64,000 nucleotides of DNA from Octopus sinensis. Its lineage: Eukaryota. Positions 48,573 through 62,440 of the stretch are shown in pieces (position 1 is the first letter of the stretch; every line of letters starts with the position of its first letter). The notes beneath the pieces were generated by a model that saw nothing but the letters and a program-made list of their open reading frames with translations, was not told the DNA's origin and did no database searches. The stretch spans positions 6,324,001 through 6,388,000 of the forward strand of contig NC_043013.1 in NCBI RefSeq assembly GCF_006345805.1, written 5' to 3'. A program made the translations under genes and the position numbers.

Positions 48573-49954
48573 CTAGTATGCTATTAAAACCTTTTTCTAC
48601 TATAGGCACAAGGCCTGAAATTTGGGGGAGAGGGTAATCGATTACATCAACACCAGTACTTAACTGATACTTAATTTATCGACTCCGAAAGGATGAAAGG
48701 CAAAGTTGACCTCGGTAGAATTTGAACTCAGAACGTAAAGACAGACGAAATACTGCGAAGCATTTCGCCCGGCATGCTAACGTTTCTTATTTCTTTATTA
48801 CCCACAAGGGGCTAAACATAGAAGGGACAAACAAGGACAGACGAACGGATAAAGTTAATTATATCGAACCCAGTGTGTAACTGGTACTTAATTTATTGAC
48901 CCCGAAAGGATGAAAGGCAAAGTCGACCTCGGCGGAATTTGAACTCAGAACGTAACGGCAGACGAAAAATTGCTAAGCATTTCGTCCGACGTGCTAACGA
49001 TTCTGCCAGCTCACCGCTCATTCATGCTGAAAGTATGTGTGTTCGTCAGAGTATGTGTATATAAGTGTGTAAGAAATTTCATTAGGACGGCAGAGTGATT
49101 TTAGAAAGGTGTGTAAAAGAGACTTTATTTGAATAGCATACTAAGGCAGCGAGCTGGCAGAAACGTTAGCACGCCGGGCGAAATGCTTAGCGGTATTTCG
49201 TCTGCCGTTACGTTCTGAGTTCAAATTCCACCGAGGTCGACTTTGCCTTTCATCCTTTCGGGGTCGATAAATCAAGTACCAGTTACGCACTGGAATCGAT
49301 GTGATCGACTTAATCCGTTTGTTTGTCCTTGTTTATCCCCTCTATGTTTAGCCCCTTGTGGGTAATAAAGAAACAGGTATTTCGTCTGCCGCTACGTTCT
49401 AAGTTCAAATTCCGCCGAGGTCGACTTTGCCTTTCTTCCTTTCGGGGTCAATTAAATAAGTACCAGTTACGCTCTAAAGTCGATATAATCGACTTAATCC
49501 GTTTGTCTGTCCTTGTTTGTTCTCTCTGTGTTTAGCCCCTTGTGGGTAGTAAAGAATTAGGTATTTCGTCTGCCGCTACGTTCTAAGTTCAAATTCCGCC
49601 GAGGTCGACATTGCCTTTCATCCTTTCGGGGTCAATTAAATAAGTACCAGTTACGCACTGGGTCGATATAATCGACTTAATCCGTTTGTCTGTCCTAGTT
49701 TGTCCCCTCTGTGTTTAGCCCTATGTGGGCAATAAAGAAATAAGAAACGTTAGCATGCCGGGCGAAATGCTTAGCAGTATTTCGTCTGTCTTTACGATCT
49801 GAGTTGAAATTCTACCGAGGTCAACTTTGCCTTTCATCCTTTCGGAGTCGATAAATTAAGTACCAGTTACGCACTGGGGTCGATATAATCGATTACCCTC
49901 TCCCCCAAATTTCAGGCCTTGTGCCTATAGTAGAAAAGGATTTTAATAGCATAC
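48573..49954. repeat. Head-to-head SINE family A clusters forming a ~1.4-kb foldback
   Basis: Minus cluster 48588-49015 and plus cluster 49143-49938 share private variants and the same 3' flank TTTTAATAGCATACT. Confidence 0.75.
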
Positions 49955-49976
49955 TTTTCCATTAATAAATGTTTTT

Positions 49977-50013
<37 letters not shown>

Positions 50014-51654
50014 CTCGCTTGTTGCTCAATGGGGTTTAAAATTTAAATTTACCAAATGTTTTTGCTCGTTAAATCTCAACAATGGACCACCGCATCATCA
50101 TTGCATGAAATATGCTGAAGGGGAAGGAATATTGGAAAATATCAAGGCATGTCATAGTGACAAAAAAACAAAGCAAAAAACATTGAAGGCACCAGGTGGT
50201 CGTGGGATGTACTAGAAACAACAGCTAAATCTCCCTTAAATCACACACGTTTTCGTCTGAAAATCACGTTTAAATTATAAACAGATACAAATTGCAGATT
50301 CGGATTGTCTGTATTTTAAAATTATGATTTTAAAAAATTTCGAAAAATGTCGAAATTTTAGGATTTATGGGTTGTGATGGGGTGGGAAGCTGGGGGTTAA
50401 TGAAAAAATTTAAATGGTCTTGGTGGTCTGAATCGTTTAGCTAAAGTATGAAAACCAGCAATCTCAGGCCCAAATAGTCTACTTGCTTTACGTTGAAGGT
50501 CTGGTCCCTAATTCCACTCAACAAGGTCATTCTAAAAGTAAACAATCACATCATGAAACCCATGAAACTGAGTGACCATGGGATTGCACCTAGAAAGTTA
50601 CCTTCCAAGCCACAAGTCCAGATATGGTTATTTATGGAAGACCAGCAGTCTCCCATGCATGCCAGCCGCCCCTCTCCCCGCCACTGATGTTATCCAAGGA
50701 AAAGGCAAAGGGGCCGATACAGCTTGGCACCTGTGACGTCGCAACTCATTTCTACAGCTGAGTGAACTGGAGCAACGTGAAATAAAGTGTCTTGCTCAAG
50801 AACACAGCACACAGCCCGGTCTGAGAATCGAACTAATTACCTCATGATTGTGAGTCCGATGCTCTAACCACTGAGCAAGAAAAAAAAAAAACCAAAGTCG
50901 GTGTTTGAAGACTTCACAAAATTTTGAATTTTTTTTTCTTTTCAATATAAAAATAGGCGTGTCACATAGTTTCTAGGTGCGCAAATTGGACAAAATCGGT
51001 CTAGAAAGGTAAGTTTGTACGTTGACTGCTGATTTCACTAAATGAAATTGGTAATAAATTAAGTTCTGTGTGTGTTTTCAACTAATTTAACATCCGTAAA
51101 GCTTTGTTATGGATTTCTTTTGTCCGGAAGCGGTGGTGTGGAATGGGACGGATAAATTACCTTTACAATTTGAAGTTCGTAAGTGTGGAAGTTGTAAAGG
51201 TAATTTATGGACAGCTTTCTGTCTAGTCAGTTGGAAAAGAAAGCTAAAAGAAATTGAATTTAGTTTATCAGTTTCACACACACACACACACACACACGCA
51301 CGCACACACACACACACACACACACACAGTCACACACACACACACACACACGCACGCACACACACGCACGCACGCACACACACACACACAAATAAGAAAT
51401 TAAATATTAAACTCATTTCTTTTATTTCCTTTTCCAAGAATAACATATTTTACAGATTTCATAAAGAAACATGCGCGCACGCACAGACATTCACCCACCC
51501 CCGCACACGCACGCACACACACACACACACACGCACGCACACACACGCACGCACACACACACGCACACACACACACACACATGCATGTTAATACATAGGA
51601 GTTAATAAATATGTTTGCGTATGTATGAGTTACACACACATATCAAAAGAATAA

Positions 51655-52040
51655 TCTTTTCTACTCTAAGCACAAAGCCTGAAAGTTTTGGGGAGGGGAC
51701 CAGTCGATTAGACCGATCCCCAGTACGCAACTGGTACTTAATTTATCGACCCCCAAAGGAGGAAACGCAAAGTCGATCTCGGCGGAATTTGAACGCAGAA
51801 CGTAAAGACAGACGAAATACTTATTTCTTTACTACCCACAAGGGGCTAAACACAGAGGGGACAAACAAGGACAGACAAAGGGATTAAGTCGATTACATCG
51901 ACTCCAGTGCGTAACTGGTACTTAATTTATCGACCCCGAAAGGATGAAAGGCAAAGTCGACCTCAGCGGAATTTGAACTCAGAACGTAGCGGCAGACGAA
52001 ATACGGTTACGCATTTCGCCCGGCTTGCTAACGATTCTTA
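51655..52040 (-). mobile_element. Dimeric SINE family A
   Basis: Two family A cores on the minus strand. Confidence 0.85.
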
Positions 52041-52205
52041 TTTCTTTATTGACACGTGTGTCAATAGCCAGCTGGAGGAGGTGTCCTCCTGGGGCTACAA
52101 GCTACAGTAGCATCCACCCTTATGGGTTAGCCACATTTAAGTGGCAAATGTACTTCATGATGTCGTGCAGCTACTGTTCATACCTCCCTCAGAGATTTAT
52201 TATTG

Positions 52206-52237
<32 letters not shown>

Positions 52238-52239
<2 letters not shown>

Positions 52240-52440
52240 CCGAGTCAGACGCCATGATAGATCGTTAGCCACTACACACATTTTTTTCTCTCCTTGTTTT
52301 CTATGTCCCTTTCTGTAGAAGAGCGTAGGCTCGAAACGTTAAACCCTCCTTCTTTCCTTCTTCCCTGAGCGTCCAATAATACTATATTGTTCCACGTCCT
52401 CACGTTGTTGTGTTTTTTTTTTGTGCTTTCTTGTTTGGAT

Positions 52441-52443
<3 letters not shown>
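52238..52443 (+). mobile_element. (TA)n-embedded Penelope-like terminus with hammerhead-like motif at 52310-52343
   Basis: TTT-CTGTAGA-A-GAGC(GTAG)GCTC-GAAAC-GTT-AAA. Confidence 0.65.
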
Positions 52444-52522
<79 letters not shown>

Positions 52523-52533
52523 CACACACACTC

Positions 52534-52571
<38 letters not shown>

Positions 52572-52581
52572 GCACGCACAC

Positions 52582-52612
<31 letters not shown>

Positions 52613-52853
52613 TGTATGTATGTATGTATGTATGTATGTGTCTACGTATGTGCGCATGGATATTTGTGATTCTCCCCACCGCCACTTGGCGACTAGTGTT
52701 ACTTGTTTATATTTCAAGGCAAAACGAAAACAATTAGCAAGAGCTTAAAAAGAAAATAAAGTAGTGAAGTCACTGCATTCGGCAAAAAATTCTTCAAGGC
52801 CGTGCCCCAGCATGGGCGCGGCGCAGTCTAATGTATAAATAAAAGATATACAC

Positions 52854-52884
<31 letters not shown>

Positions 52885-53257
52885 ACCTGTTAGTCACATG
52901 CTGACGTAGGAATAAGAAACAGGGTTAATGGGGGAAGGTTATGCTGTGTGAGTAGGTGTGCTCATTTCGATTTTCTTGGAATTCATTAGCGGCAGAAACT
53001 GCTAGAAATTCCAGGAATCGGCCAGAAATGTCATTTCTTGGAATCGGCAAACAATATATTTTCTCAGAAAATGCCTCCCCACACTACATCTCTATGCAAG
53101 TCGATCGTTCGCCGACATGAATTATCGGCTGCTGTTGAAATGAATAAAGCAGGCGTGCAATGTTTCCATTACCGTCAGCTGGCGTCTTCCCCGCTCTTTC
53201 TCTCGTTAAACATGATAGCTTTCCTGCAGGTGTAAAGTGCTGATACTACTGCTACTG

Positions 53258-53300
<43 letters not shown>

Positions 53301-53314
53301 GATGTCTCATATAC

Positions 53315-53521
53315 TCTTTTACTCTTTTTACTTGTTTCAGTCATTTGACTGCGGCCATGCTGGAGCACCGCCTTTAATCGAGCAACTCGACCCCGGGACT
53401 TATTCTTTTTGTAAGCCCAGTACTTATTCTATCGGTCTCTTTTGCAGAACCGCTAGGTGACGGGGACGTAAACACACTAGCACAATGCTAGGGGGACAAA
53501 ACAGACACATACACATACACA

Positions 53522-53582
<61 letters not shown>

Positions 53583-53748
53583 GACAGGCTTCTTTCAGTT
53601 TCCGTCTACCAAATCCACTCACAAGGCATTGGTCGGCCCGGGGCTATAGCAGAAGACACTTGCCCAAGGTGCCACGCAGTGGGACTGAACCCGGAACCAT
53701 GTGGTTGGTTAGCAAGCTACTTACCACACAGCCACTCCTGCGCCTATC
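53315..53748 (-). mobile_element. SINE family B with expanded internal (TA)n
   Basis: Reverse complement of the family B consensus. Confidence 0.85.
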
Positions 53749-53760
53749 TCTGTTGATATT

Positions 53761-53982
53761 TAAGGCGGCGAACTGGCAGAGTCGTTAGCATGCCGGGCGA
53801 AATGCGTAGCCGTATTTTCGTTCTAGGTTCAAATTCCGCCGAGGTCGACTTTGCCTTTCATCCTTTTGAGGTCGATGAATTAAGTACCAGTTACGCACTG
53901 GAGTCGATGTAATCGACTTAATCCCTTTGTCTGTCCTTGTTTGTCCCCTCTGTGTTTAGCCCCTTGTGGGTAGTAAAGAAAT
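53761..53982 (+). mobile_element. SINE family A
   Basis: AAGGCGGCGAACTGGCAG head and family A core. Confidence 0.85.
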
Positions 53983-53993
53983 ATATTTATGTA

Positions 53994-54213
53994 CAGGGCT
54001 GGCCAAAATTCAGCCGACAGTAAATCAAAATTCCATAAATACTACCTGTAATACTGTATTGACTCGAATGAAAAAATGTGTCACACAGGAAGGACTTCAG
54101 TTTGAACAATATTCATGATGTTTCATATTTAGATGCTTGTATTAAATTCATTCAGTTGTTGAACATAAATAATTCCTGGAAATAAATGGTCAGGTAACTT
54201 TTGGCCGACCCTG
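53994..54213. mobile_element. Tc1/mariner-type MITE
   Basis: Ends CAGGGCTGGCCAAAA and TTTTGGCCGACCCTG. Confidence 0.65.
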
Positions 54214-54519
54214 TGTACACACACGTATATATATATATATACGTATACTCACATAAATATTTATATACATATCCACACACACACATACACACACACACAC
54301 ACACACGCATACACACACATGTCATGTGTATGTTAATAAGTGAAATGATATATTTAATTAATTCATTAATAGTTTGGTGTCATTAACTACCGCCTATCTA
54401 TTATTCATTTATTTATTTATTTTTGAACTTTCATTAGATCTGTTCCGCACTGGGTTTTCGGAATCTGGTCCTGAATTGTATGTCTCTGTTATACAATTTA
54501 TGTATGTATTCCTATACAT

Positions 54520-54997
54520 TGTATGTATGTATGTATGCATGCATGTATGTATGTATGTATGTATGTATGTATGTATGTATGTATGTATGTATGTATGTAT
54601 GTATGTATGTATGTATGTATGTATGTATGTCATTATTCAGTTTTATTTCAATATTTCTTGCGAGAGAGTGAGAGAGAGAGAGAGCCGGTTTCTAACCTAG
54701 ATCCAAGATTCCTTCATTGGAAGTTCAACATCAACAACAATGTATTTTTGTATGTATGTATATGTGTAGATTTATGTTTTACTTTATGTATGTATGTATG
54801 TATGTATTATGCATGTATGTATGTATGTATGTATGTATGTATGTATGTATGTATGTATGTATGTATGTATGTATGTATGCATGCATGTATGTATGTATGT
54901 ATGTATGTATGTATGTATGTATGTATGTGTATGTATGTATGTATGTATGTATGTATGTATGCATGCATGTATGTATGTATGTATGCATGTATGTATG

Positions 54998-55028
<31 letters not shown>

Positions 55029-55700
55029 GTATGTATGCATGTATGTATGTATGTATGTGTATGTATGTATGTATGTATGTATGTATGCATGCATGTATGT
55101 ATGTATGCATGTATGTATGTATGTATGTATGTATGTATGTATGCATGTATGCATGTATGTATGTATGTATGTATGTATGCATGTATGCATGTATGTATGT
55201 ATGTATGTGTATGTATGTATGTATGTATGTATGTATGCATGTATGTATGTATGTATATATGTATGCATGTATGTATGTATATATGTATGCATGTATGTAT
55301 GTCATTATTCAGTTTTATTTCAATATTTCTTGCGAGAGAGAGAGACAGAGAGAGAGAGCCGGTTTCTAACCTAGATCCAAGATTCCTTCATTGGAAGTTC
55401 AACATCAACAACAATGTATTTTTGTATGTATATGTGTAGATTTATGTTTTACTTTATGTATGTATGTATGTATGTATGTATGTATGTATGTATGTATGTA
55501 TGTATGCATGCATGTATGTATGTATGTAAGTATGTATGTATGTATGTATATATGTATGTATGTATGTACGTATGTATGTATGTATGTATGTATGCATGCA
55601 CGTATGTATGTATGTATGTATGTATGTATGTAGTATGTATGTATGTATGTATGTATGTATGTATGCATGCACGTATGATTGCATGTATGTATGTATGCGC
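54520..55700. repeat. (ATGT)n arrays with a duplicated ~165-bp unique unit
   Basis: 54626-54790 and 55298-55460 are near-identical and separated by (ATGT)n. Confidence 0.9.
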
Positions 55701-56355
55701 GTACATAGATACATGTATGTATCTATATTCCAGGTACGACTTTAAACTGCATCCGGGTTCTGATTCGGGTGTTCCGGGGTTTTGAGGAGTGTGGTCCCAT
55801 CCCTTAGCTACTATTGTTACCAGGTTTACTCTGATCTCGAATAGTAGCATTTGTCATGGTGCCAGCTATGGGCTAATCAGCATATTAGGGCATGTCTATT
55901 TAGGCATGTGAAGACAGCAGTTTAGACATGTGTGACATCAGTTTGCATTGTCCAGATGCTGTAGCCAGGCCGAAATAATGTCTTCACCATTTGACCCTTC
56001 TAACCTCTCCTAGACCACCAAAAGCAAGAATTAAAATAACAAGACCACCAACGAAATCCATTGTTCTCAACGATATGTCTATCCTTCTGGATAGTTATAA
56101 AAACAAGAACCTCCAAGCAAAAATCAGTTAGTCACTGGGTGACAACTCAGTTAGTGAGAACGGAGTCTAGCTGACAGACTGGACAAAACGCCGTCTCTAA
56201 AGAAAAGGGCACAAAAATGACAACAATGGTAACTCACCAACGAAGCAATTGCTTCGTCCCACATTCTCTCACTCTCACTAGCTCATTTTAATTTTTCTCA
56301 CAACATCACTCTATCTCCATCTGTAATTACTACTACGCAATGACGAGGACATAAG

Positions 56356-56590
56356 CGAGGCACGTGGCTTAGTGGTTAGGGTGTCAGCATCATGATCGTA
56401 AGATTGTGGTTTCGATTCCTGGACCGGGCTACGCGTTGTGTTCTTGAGCAAAACACTTCATTTCACGTTGCTTCAGTCCACTCAGCTGGCAAAAATGAGT
56501 AACGCTGCGATGGACTGGCGTCTCGTCCAGCTGGGGAATACATACGCCATAGAAACCGGGAAACCGGGCCCATGAGCCTGGCTAGGCGTT
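56356..56590 (+). mobile_element. tRNA-derived SINE family D subtype (related copies at 17560-17800, 32240-32450, 33590-34020)
   Basis: A box TGGCTTAGTGG, B box GTTTCGATTCC, and GTGTTCTTGAGCAAAACACTTC core. Confidence 0.8.
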
Positions 56591-57350
56591 AAAGCGGCGT
56601 ATTTATTATTTTTTATTATACAAGGAAAATATACGACATCTATCTTTACTTCGCATGCACTTAACTAAAGTACTACATGATAAGACTTCCCCTGTTTCAT
56701 TATCAATGGTCTGCTAGTGATCGACCCCCTTAGTTGTCAGCTAACATCTTGTTTTAAGTTTTCCTTTACCAAAACTCATGATATTACTTCTAATAAATCT
56801 TGTTTTTTATTACTATACCAACAATGATTTCTGTCTGCTCCCTCAGCCCTACTCCTACCAGATACTGCACTTTATTCTCTCAGCCTTAGATATACAAGGA
56901 ATTTGATAAACTAGTCTCTAAATTAAAACTAACCCCATAAAATCAAATAAAATCAGTGACACGCAGAGTCTTCTTGATAATTTAGTAACTTCTATGCTGA
57001 AGTAGAGACAACATGTTCTTTGTCTATCTTCTTAACTCCTTGGAGATTTTAGGTATAATTATACTAATGTGTCATGTTCTAATTTAATTAAATTCTACGT
57101 CTTTGTGCAGCTGAGGATTGCTCTGCATTTTAAATTGATGCAATGATTGCATTGTTCAATTAAATGGAGTTGCATGAAACGATCGTACTGCATTACCTCT
57201 GGATATCCTTGTTGCTTATTTTGATTTTAATCACCTTACTTTGAAATTGTATAGGTAATACCGTACTAAATTCTGGTGCCTCAACTTAAGCACCATATTC
57301 ACCTGAATCTAAATTTTTGCTGAACTCATCTACCATACCCAATATATATA

Positions 57351-58235
57351 TTCGAGGGGCTACCTAAATGTAACCGGAAACGTTCTCTGAGGGACAAAAA
57401 CCCATTGTAGTTCAGGCTTATGCCTCTCGAAGCCACTTGATGCAACCCTCAGGCATCAGTCTGCCGACCGGCGTCGTCCAATGGAGCTCTACTGCCACAT
57501 GGTACGTCTTTCTTTTGCAGTGCGTATCCCTTATTCGTCGATTTTCGCGATGGCTGAAATGAAAGAACAGCGTGCTTCCGTGAAATTCTGTTTCGTGTTG
57601 GGGAAAACGGCCGCCAAAACAGCCATCATGCTTCAAAAAGCTTACGAGGACGCTGCCATGAGCAAAACACAAGTTTCTGAGTGGTTTCTACTCTTTAGGA
57701 ATGGTCACTTGTCGCTTGAACACCAGCCTCATTCAGGGCAACCGTCGATCTCCTGAAAATATCATGAAAATTCATGAACTGATCTTCTCCGAACAGTTGA
57801 CAAACTTGTTGATATGACAAGTGTGTCCTGGAGCTTCTACCAACGATTTTTGAACGAGGAATTGCGAATGAAAAGAGTCGGAGCAATATTTGTGCCTCGC
57901 TTGCTCACGGAAGATCAAAAGCAGTCACGACTGAGTGCGTGTCGTGAACTGAAAGAACAATTGGAAGTTGATCCAAGTCTGTTTTCGAAGGTCATCACAG
58001 GTGACGAAAGCTGGTGCTATGGAATTTGAAGATGTGGAAGAGGTGAAGAAAAAAAGGCATTAAAAGGCATCACTTCGCAAGAGTTCCAGGACTGCTTCAA
58101 ACAGTGGAAAACGCGTCTGAACCGATGCATTGCTTCAAATGGAAAATACTTTGAAAGCGATAAAAGTCTAAACACGTAAAACTAACTGTATAAAATAATA
58201 TTGCAACATTCAAGCTTCTTTTGGGTACCCCGTCG
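57351..58235 (+). mobile_element. Internally deleted mariner transposon
   Basis: MAEMKEQRASVKFCF..GK, FVPRLLT, and VITGDESWCYG joined directly to the C-terminal RCIASNGKYFE; degenerate CGAGGGG TIRs with TA. Confidence 0.85.
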
Positions 58236-59454
58236 TATACGAAGGGATTCTGCACAAATTCCATCAGGCAAATTCACTCACAAGACACTGCTCAAGCAGG
58301 GGTACAGTAGCAGACACTTGTCTGTTGTGCCGCGCTGTGGGACTGAACTCGAACCCCAAGTGGTTTCAAAGTGAACTTCTCAACAACAGCCATTTTTGAA
58401 AATTAATTTGAAGGCGAGGATTTATAGTAAAACTGTCGGATCATTACGAAAAGTGCGGCTTCCGGTATAACAGGAAAGAGGTCACATTGAAAGCACATCG
58501 GAACCACGAGGAAATTCGGTGACATTCACTCAATTTAATCATCATTTTATATAAGTGACTACTGAGCTTAATTATAATTAAACTAATTACAGTTTTGTGG
58601 CGTATTTTGTAGACGTAACATAACACACTTTAAAATTTCTGTAGTCATTTGGGGATTCTGTTACGAAGTTTTGGCTGGAAAAATATTTTAGGAGCCAATA
58701 ACGGAGCCTATGGTTGATTAAAATGACTTAATTACTGCTTTATTATATATTTTGTAAACAATTAAAAGCCACGCTCTCGAATTTTTGTTGACATTCGGGA
58801 ATATCTTTGCGATGTTTTGTGAAAATAATGCTTTATGAGGCAATGAAGGAGCCAGTGATTACTAGGACTAATTAGGCTATCTTAATTATTGTTTTATGGT
58901 ACACACACATGCGCACAAGCGTGCACAGACATGCACATACGGATACTCTCTCACGCACTAACTCGTCAGGGCTGTTTTAGCATTATAATAGGTTTCTCCA
59001 TAACTGGCACTCTGTTGGTTACGGCGATGAGGGTTCTAATTGATCCGTTGGTCCCAGGGTTCCAGTCTGCTCATGAAATGAACGGGCAAATGGTTAAGCA
59101 CTCCACAGACAGACGTATCCTTAACGTAGTTCTGTGGGAGATACAGCGTGACACAATAAATGTGACAAGACTGGCCCTTTGATATTACAGGTACTATTCA
59201 TTTTTACTAGCCGAGTGGACATGAAACAAAGTGTGCTGGTCAAGGATAGAATACGTAGCCAGGAATCGAACTCAGTTTCTGACGATCGTGAGCCGAATAC
59301 CTTAACCACTAAGCCATGCGCACTACATCCTATTATATGTATTCATTGGCAGGAAGCCACAGCATACATAGATTGGAATTAGGATCCCAAGGGCAGCGAG
59401 GCCCACGGGCAGCTGTAAATGTACCCACCCCTTAGAACGGCACCATTTTCCAGC

Positions 59455-59828
59455 AGGCGTGGCTGTGTGGTAAAAAGATTGTTTCCCAGTCACGTGGTTC
59501 CGGGTTCAGTCCCACTGCGTGGCACCTGGTGCAAGTGTCTTTTACTATAGCCTCGGGACGACCAAAGCCTTTTGAGTGGATTTGGTAGACGGAAACTGAA
59601 AGAAGCCTGTCCTGTGTGTGTGTATGTGTGTTTGTCCCCGCACCATCGCTTGACAACCGATGTTGGTGTGTTTACGATCCCGTAAATTAGCGGTTCAGCA
59701 AAACAGACCGATAAAAAATGTCTTTGGTTTACAAAGAATACGTCCTGGGATCGATTTGTTTGACTAAAACCCCTTATGGTGGTGCTCTAGCATGGCCACA
59801 CTCAAATGACTGCTACAAGTAAAAAAGA
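59455..59828 (+). mobile_element. SINE family B
   Basis: Family B head and core. Confidence 0.8.
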
Positions 59829-60359
59829 ATAAATGACTAAAGAAAGGAACATCCTTGTCTAATTTAAAACGTCAAGGTGTAATTTGAGGAAAATTTAGTT
59901 GCTATATCTAGCATACCGTGCGCTCGCACCGAAGCCTTGCATCATTGGCTAGAAACTAACTTTGGTGTTATCGTGAAGAAAAGCATCCCAGTAATGACCA
60001 GCCCGTTGCTTGTACATTAGGAACAATAATATTCAATACTACGTTTCAAGATAACGTTATTCAATATAAGACGAGGAACGATATTATTCAATATAATGTA
60101 TGCAAGAGTGTTGGCTGCTATTTTCAGCAAGTTAAGTAACAATGTATTAGCAGCTTACACAAGCTGAGAAAATAAACATTTCTCTCTCCCACTCCATGTT
60201 CTTCTTCTTCTCCCACCATCTCTTGTTTTGTTTTTCGTTTCATTTTCTATATCTTGTCATCAGAGCTGGTGGTTGGACTAACAAGATAGTCACCTTTAGA
60301 AAACAGGTGAGCCTCACCCTGTGTGGTCATTCTCTTTCAAATAGTGATTAGGATTTTCT

Positions 60360-60810
60360 TTTATTCTTTTATTTGTTTCAGTCATTTGATTGCGGCCATG
60401 CAGAAGCACCGCCTTCAGTCAAACAAATCGAACCCTGGACTTATTCTTTGTGAGCCTAGTACTTATTCTATCGGTTCCTTTTGCTGAACCGCTAAGTTAC
60501 GGGATCGTAAACACACCAACATCGGTTGTCAAGCGATGGTGCGGGGATAAACAGACAGACACACAGACACACACACACATACACATACATACATACATAC
60601 ATACATACATACATACATACATGCACACACACACACACACATACACACACAAGACGGGCTTCTTTGAGTTTCTGTTTACCAAATCCACTCAGAAGGCTTT
60701 GGTCGGACCAAGGCTATAGTAGACGCTTGCCCAAGGTGCCCCGCAGTGGGACTGAACCCGGAACCATGTGGTTGGGGAGCAAGCTACTCACCACACAGCC
60801 ACGCCTGCGC
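60360..60810 (-). mobile_element. SINE family B with internal (ACAT)n
   Basis: Reverse complement of the family B consensus. Confidence 0.8.
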
Positions 60811-61920
60811 CTTCTAGATCATACTTTGCTTTCTCTCCATGTCTTGCTCTCCTTATCACTTTCCTTTCTCTCTCATTCCTATTCTTGAATCCTTTGTTGC
60901 TATTCTCATTATTTTATACTTTTTTCTCATATTCTCTTCTCACAGACGCTGCAGCGGTCACACGTTCTATTCTGCTGAGACCCTCTTCGGTCACGGTACA
61001 GACCATGAGATTGCACCTAAAATGTTACCCCCCCCTCCCAGGCACAAGTCCGGGTAAGGTTGTTTATGGAAGACCAACAGTCGCCCATGCATACCGGCCT
61101 CCCGTCTCCACGCCACCAGTATTATCCAAGGGGAAGGCAAAGGGACCGATACAGCTTGGCACCTGTGACGTCGCAATTCATTTCTACAGCTGAGTGAACT
61201 GGAGCAACGTGAAATAAAGAATACAATACGCAGCCCGGTCCGGGATTCGAACTCACAACCTCGCGATCGTAAGCTCGACGCTCTAACCACAGAGCCATGC
61301 GTCTTCACACGTTCTATTTTACTGCCTCTATAACGAAGTGGTATTGTTACAAAAGCCATTGCGCTAGCATATTCTGTATTTGTTTCCTTCCTAAGCAGAA
61401 AAAATTCATACCTTTAAAGTTTATATGTAATAATTTGTATTTGGATGCATTTGCCTCCATTTTGTTTGAATACCGCTGATCCCCAAGTTTTACGTCGTTA
61501 GAGTTTGTATTTAGCTGTCCTATACTCTAGTGATGTTCATTATCACTGGAACTATTTTATAGAATGATGCGCATGCAATTCTTTTTAAGTGATGAAACTG
61601 CTATGATTCTGGCTAACGCAGCTGATGAGGAGTTTCCCACGACTGTTTTTGTTCTTTTCATTACTTGTTTTCTAAATCGCCCCATTTCATATACATATAT
61701 AAGCATTTGTTTGGTCTAAGTCAGTATATACCTCTTTTATTTGTAAACTTAACAATACTTAAGGCGGTGCCCCAGCATGGCCACAGTCAAATGACTGAAA
61801 CAAGTAAAAGAATATTGAACAGTGTCAAAGACATTTTACATGTTGGATACCTGTGTTGTTGTCTAATTACTTTCGTCTTGAACATTTGATTCAAGATACA
61901 TGCAGTAATATTATATTATC

Positions 61921-61971
<51 letters not shown>

Positions 61972-62440
61972 TATACTTATGCTTATATATGGGTACAGGA
62001 CAACAGTAAACAAAATGAAATACGAAAACAAATCAGTTAAATGCACAAATAACGAGAGAGAGAAGGACAAGTAATACAAAAACAACCCTTCATCAGATGT
62101 CGGCTGTCTATCTACTCCACATTTCGAGCAATCAACGATAATCTGAGTCTCCAAAGACAGTTGCTCCCATTAATACCAAATAGGTGTAGGACATAAAGTT
62201 CTTTATTTTTTCATTTTTTTTAGTGGGACATGGAACTGTGAAAGCCCTTTTTTTTTTCGTCACAGCAAACATACTACTCCTGTACATTTTTTTCACTACC
62301 GGTGGCGCATGGGTGAAAAAGGGTCGGAAAACACTGCTCTAGTTTAATCCGCTGTAAATTAGTCCCAGTTCTGCTGCATACCCCACCCCTCTCTCTCTTT
62401 CTTCCTATATATCATCACATCCTGTCCGTGTCTCTTTCTA

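Noticed and set aside
49143-49938. CRISPR-like or satellite array
   Set aside because: Units are ~180-bp SINE bodies without unique spacers, in a eukaryotic context.
53180-53235. Possible 51-nt minus-strand exon (KLSCLTRERAGKTPAD)
   Set aside because: Splice signals are plausible, but there is no homology or partner exon.
54400-55850. Long ORFs of MYVC/HTYI repeats (also at 19443-19857, 52410-52748, 63219-63950)
   Set aside because: Translations of (ATGT)n and (TA)n microsatellites; no coding signal.
61975-62180. GCTCGAAA...CTGATGA as a type II hammerhead
   Set aside because: The helices cannot be closed; probably a Penelope-like tail fragment.
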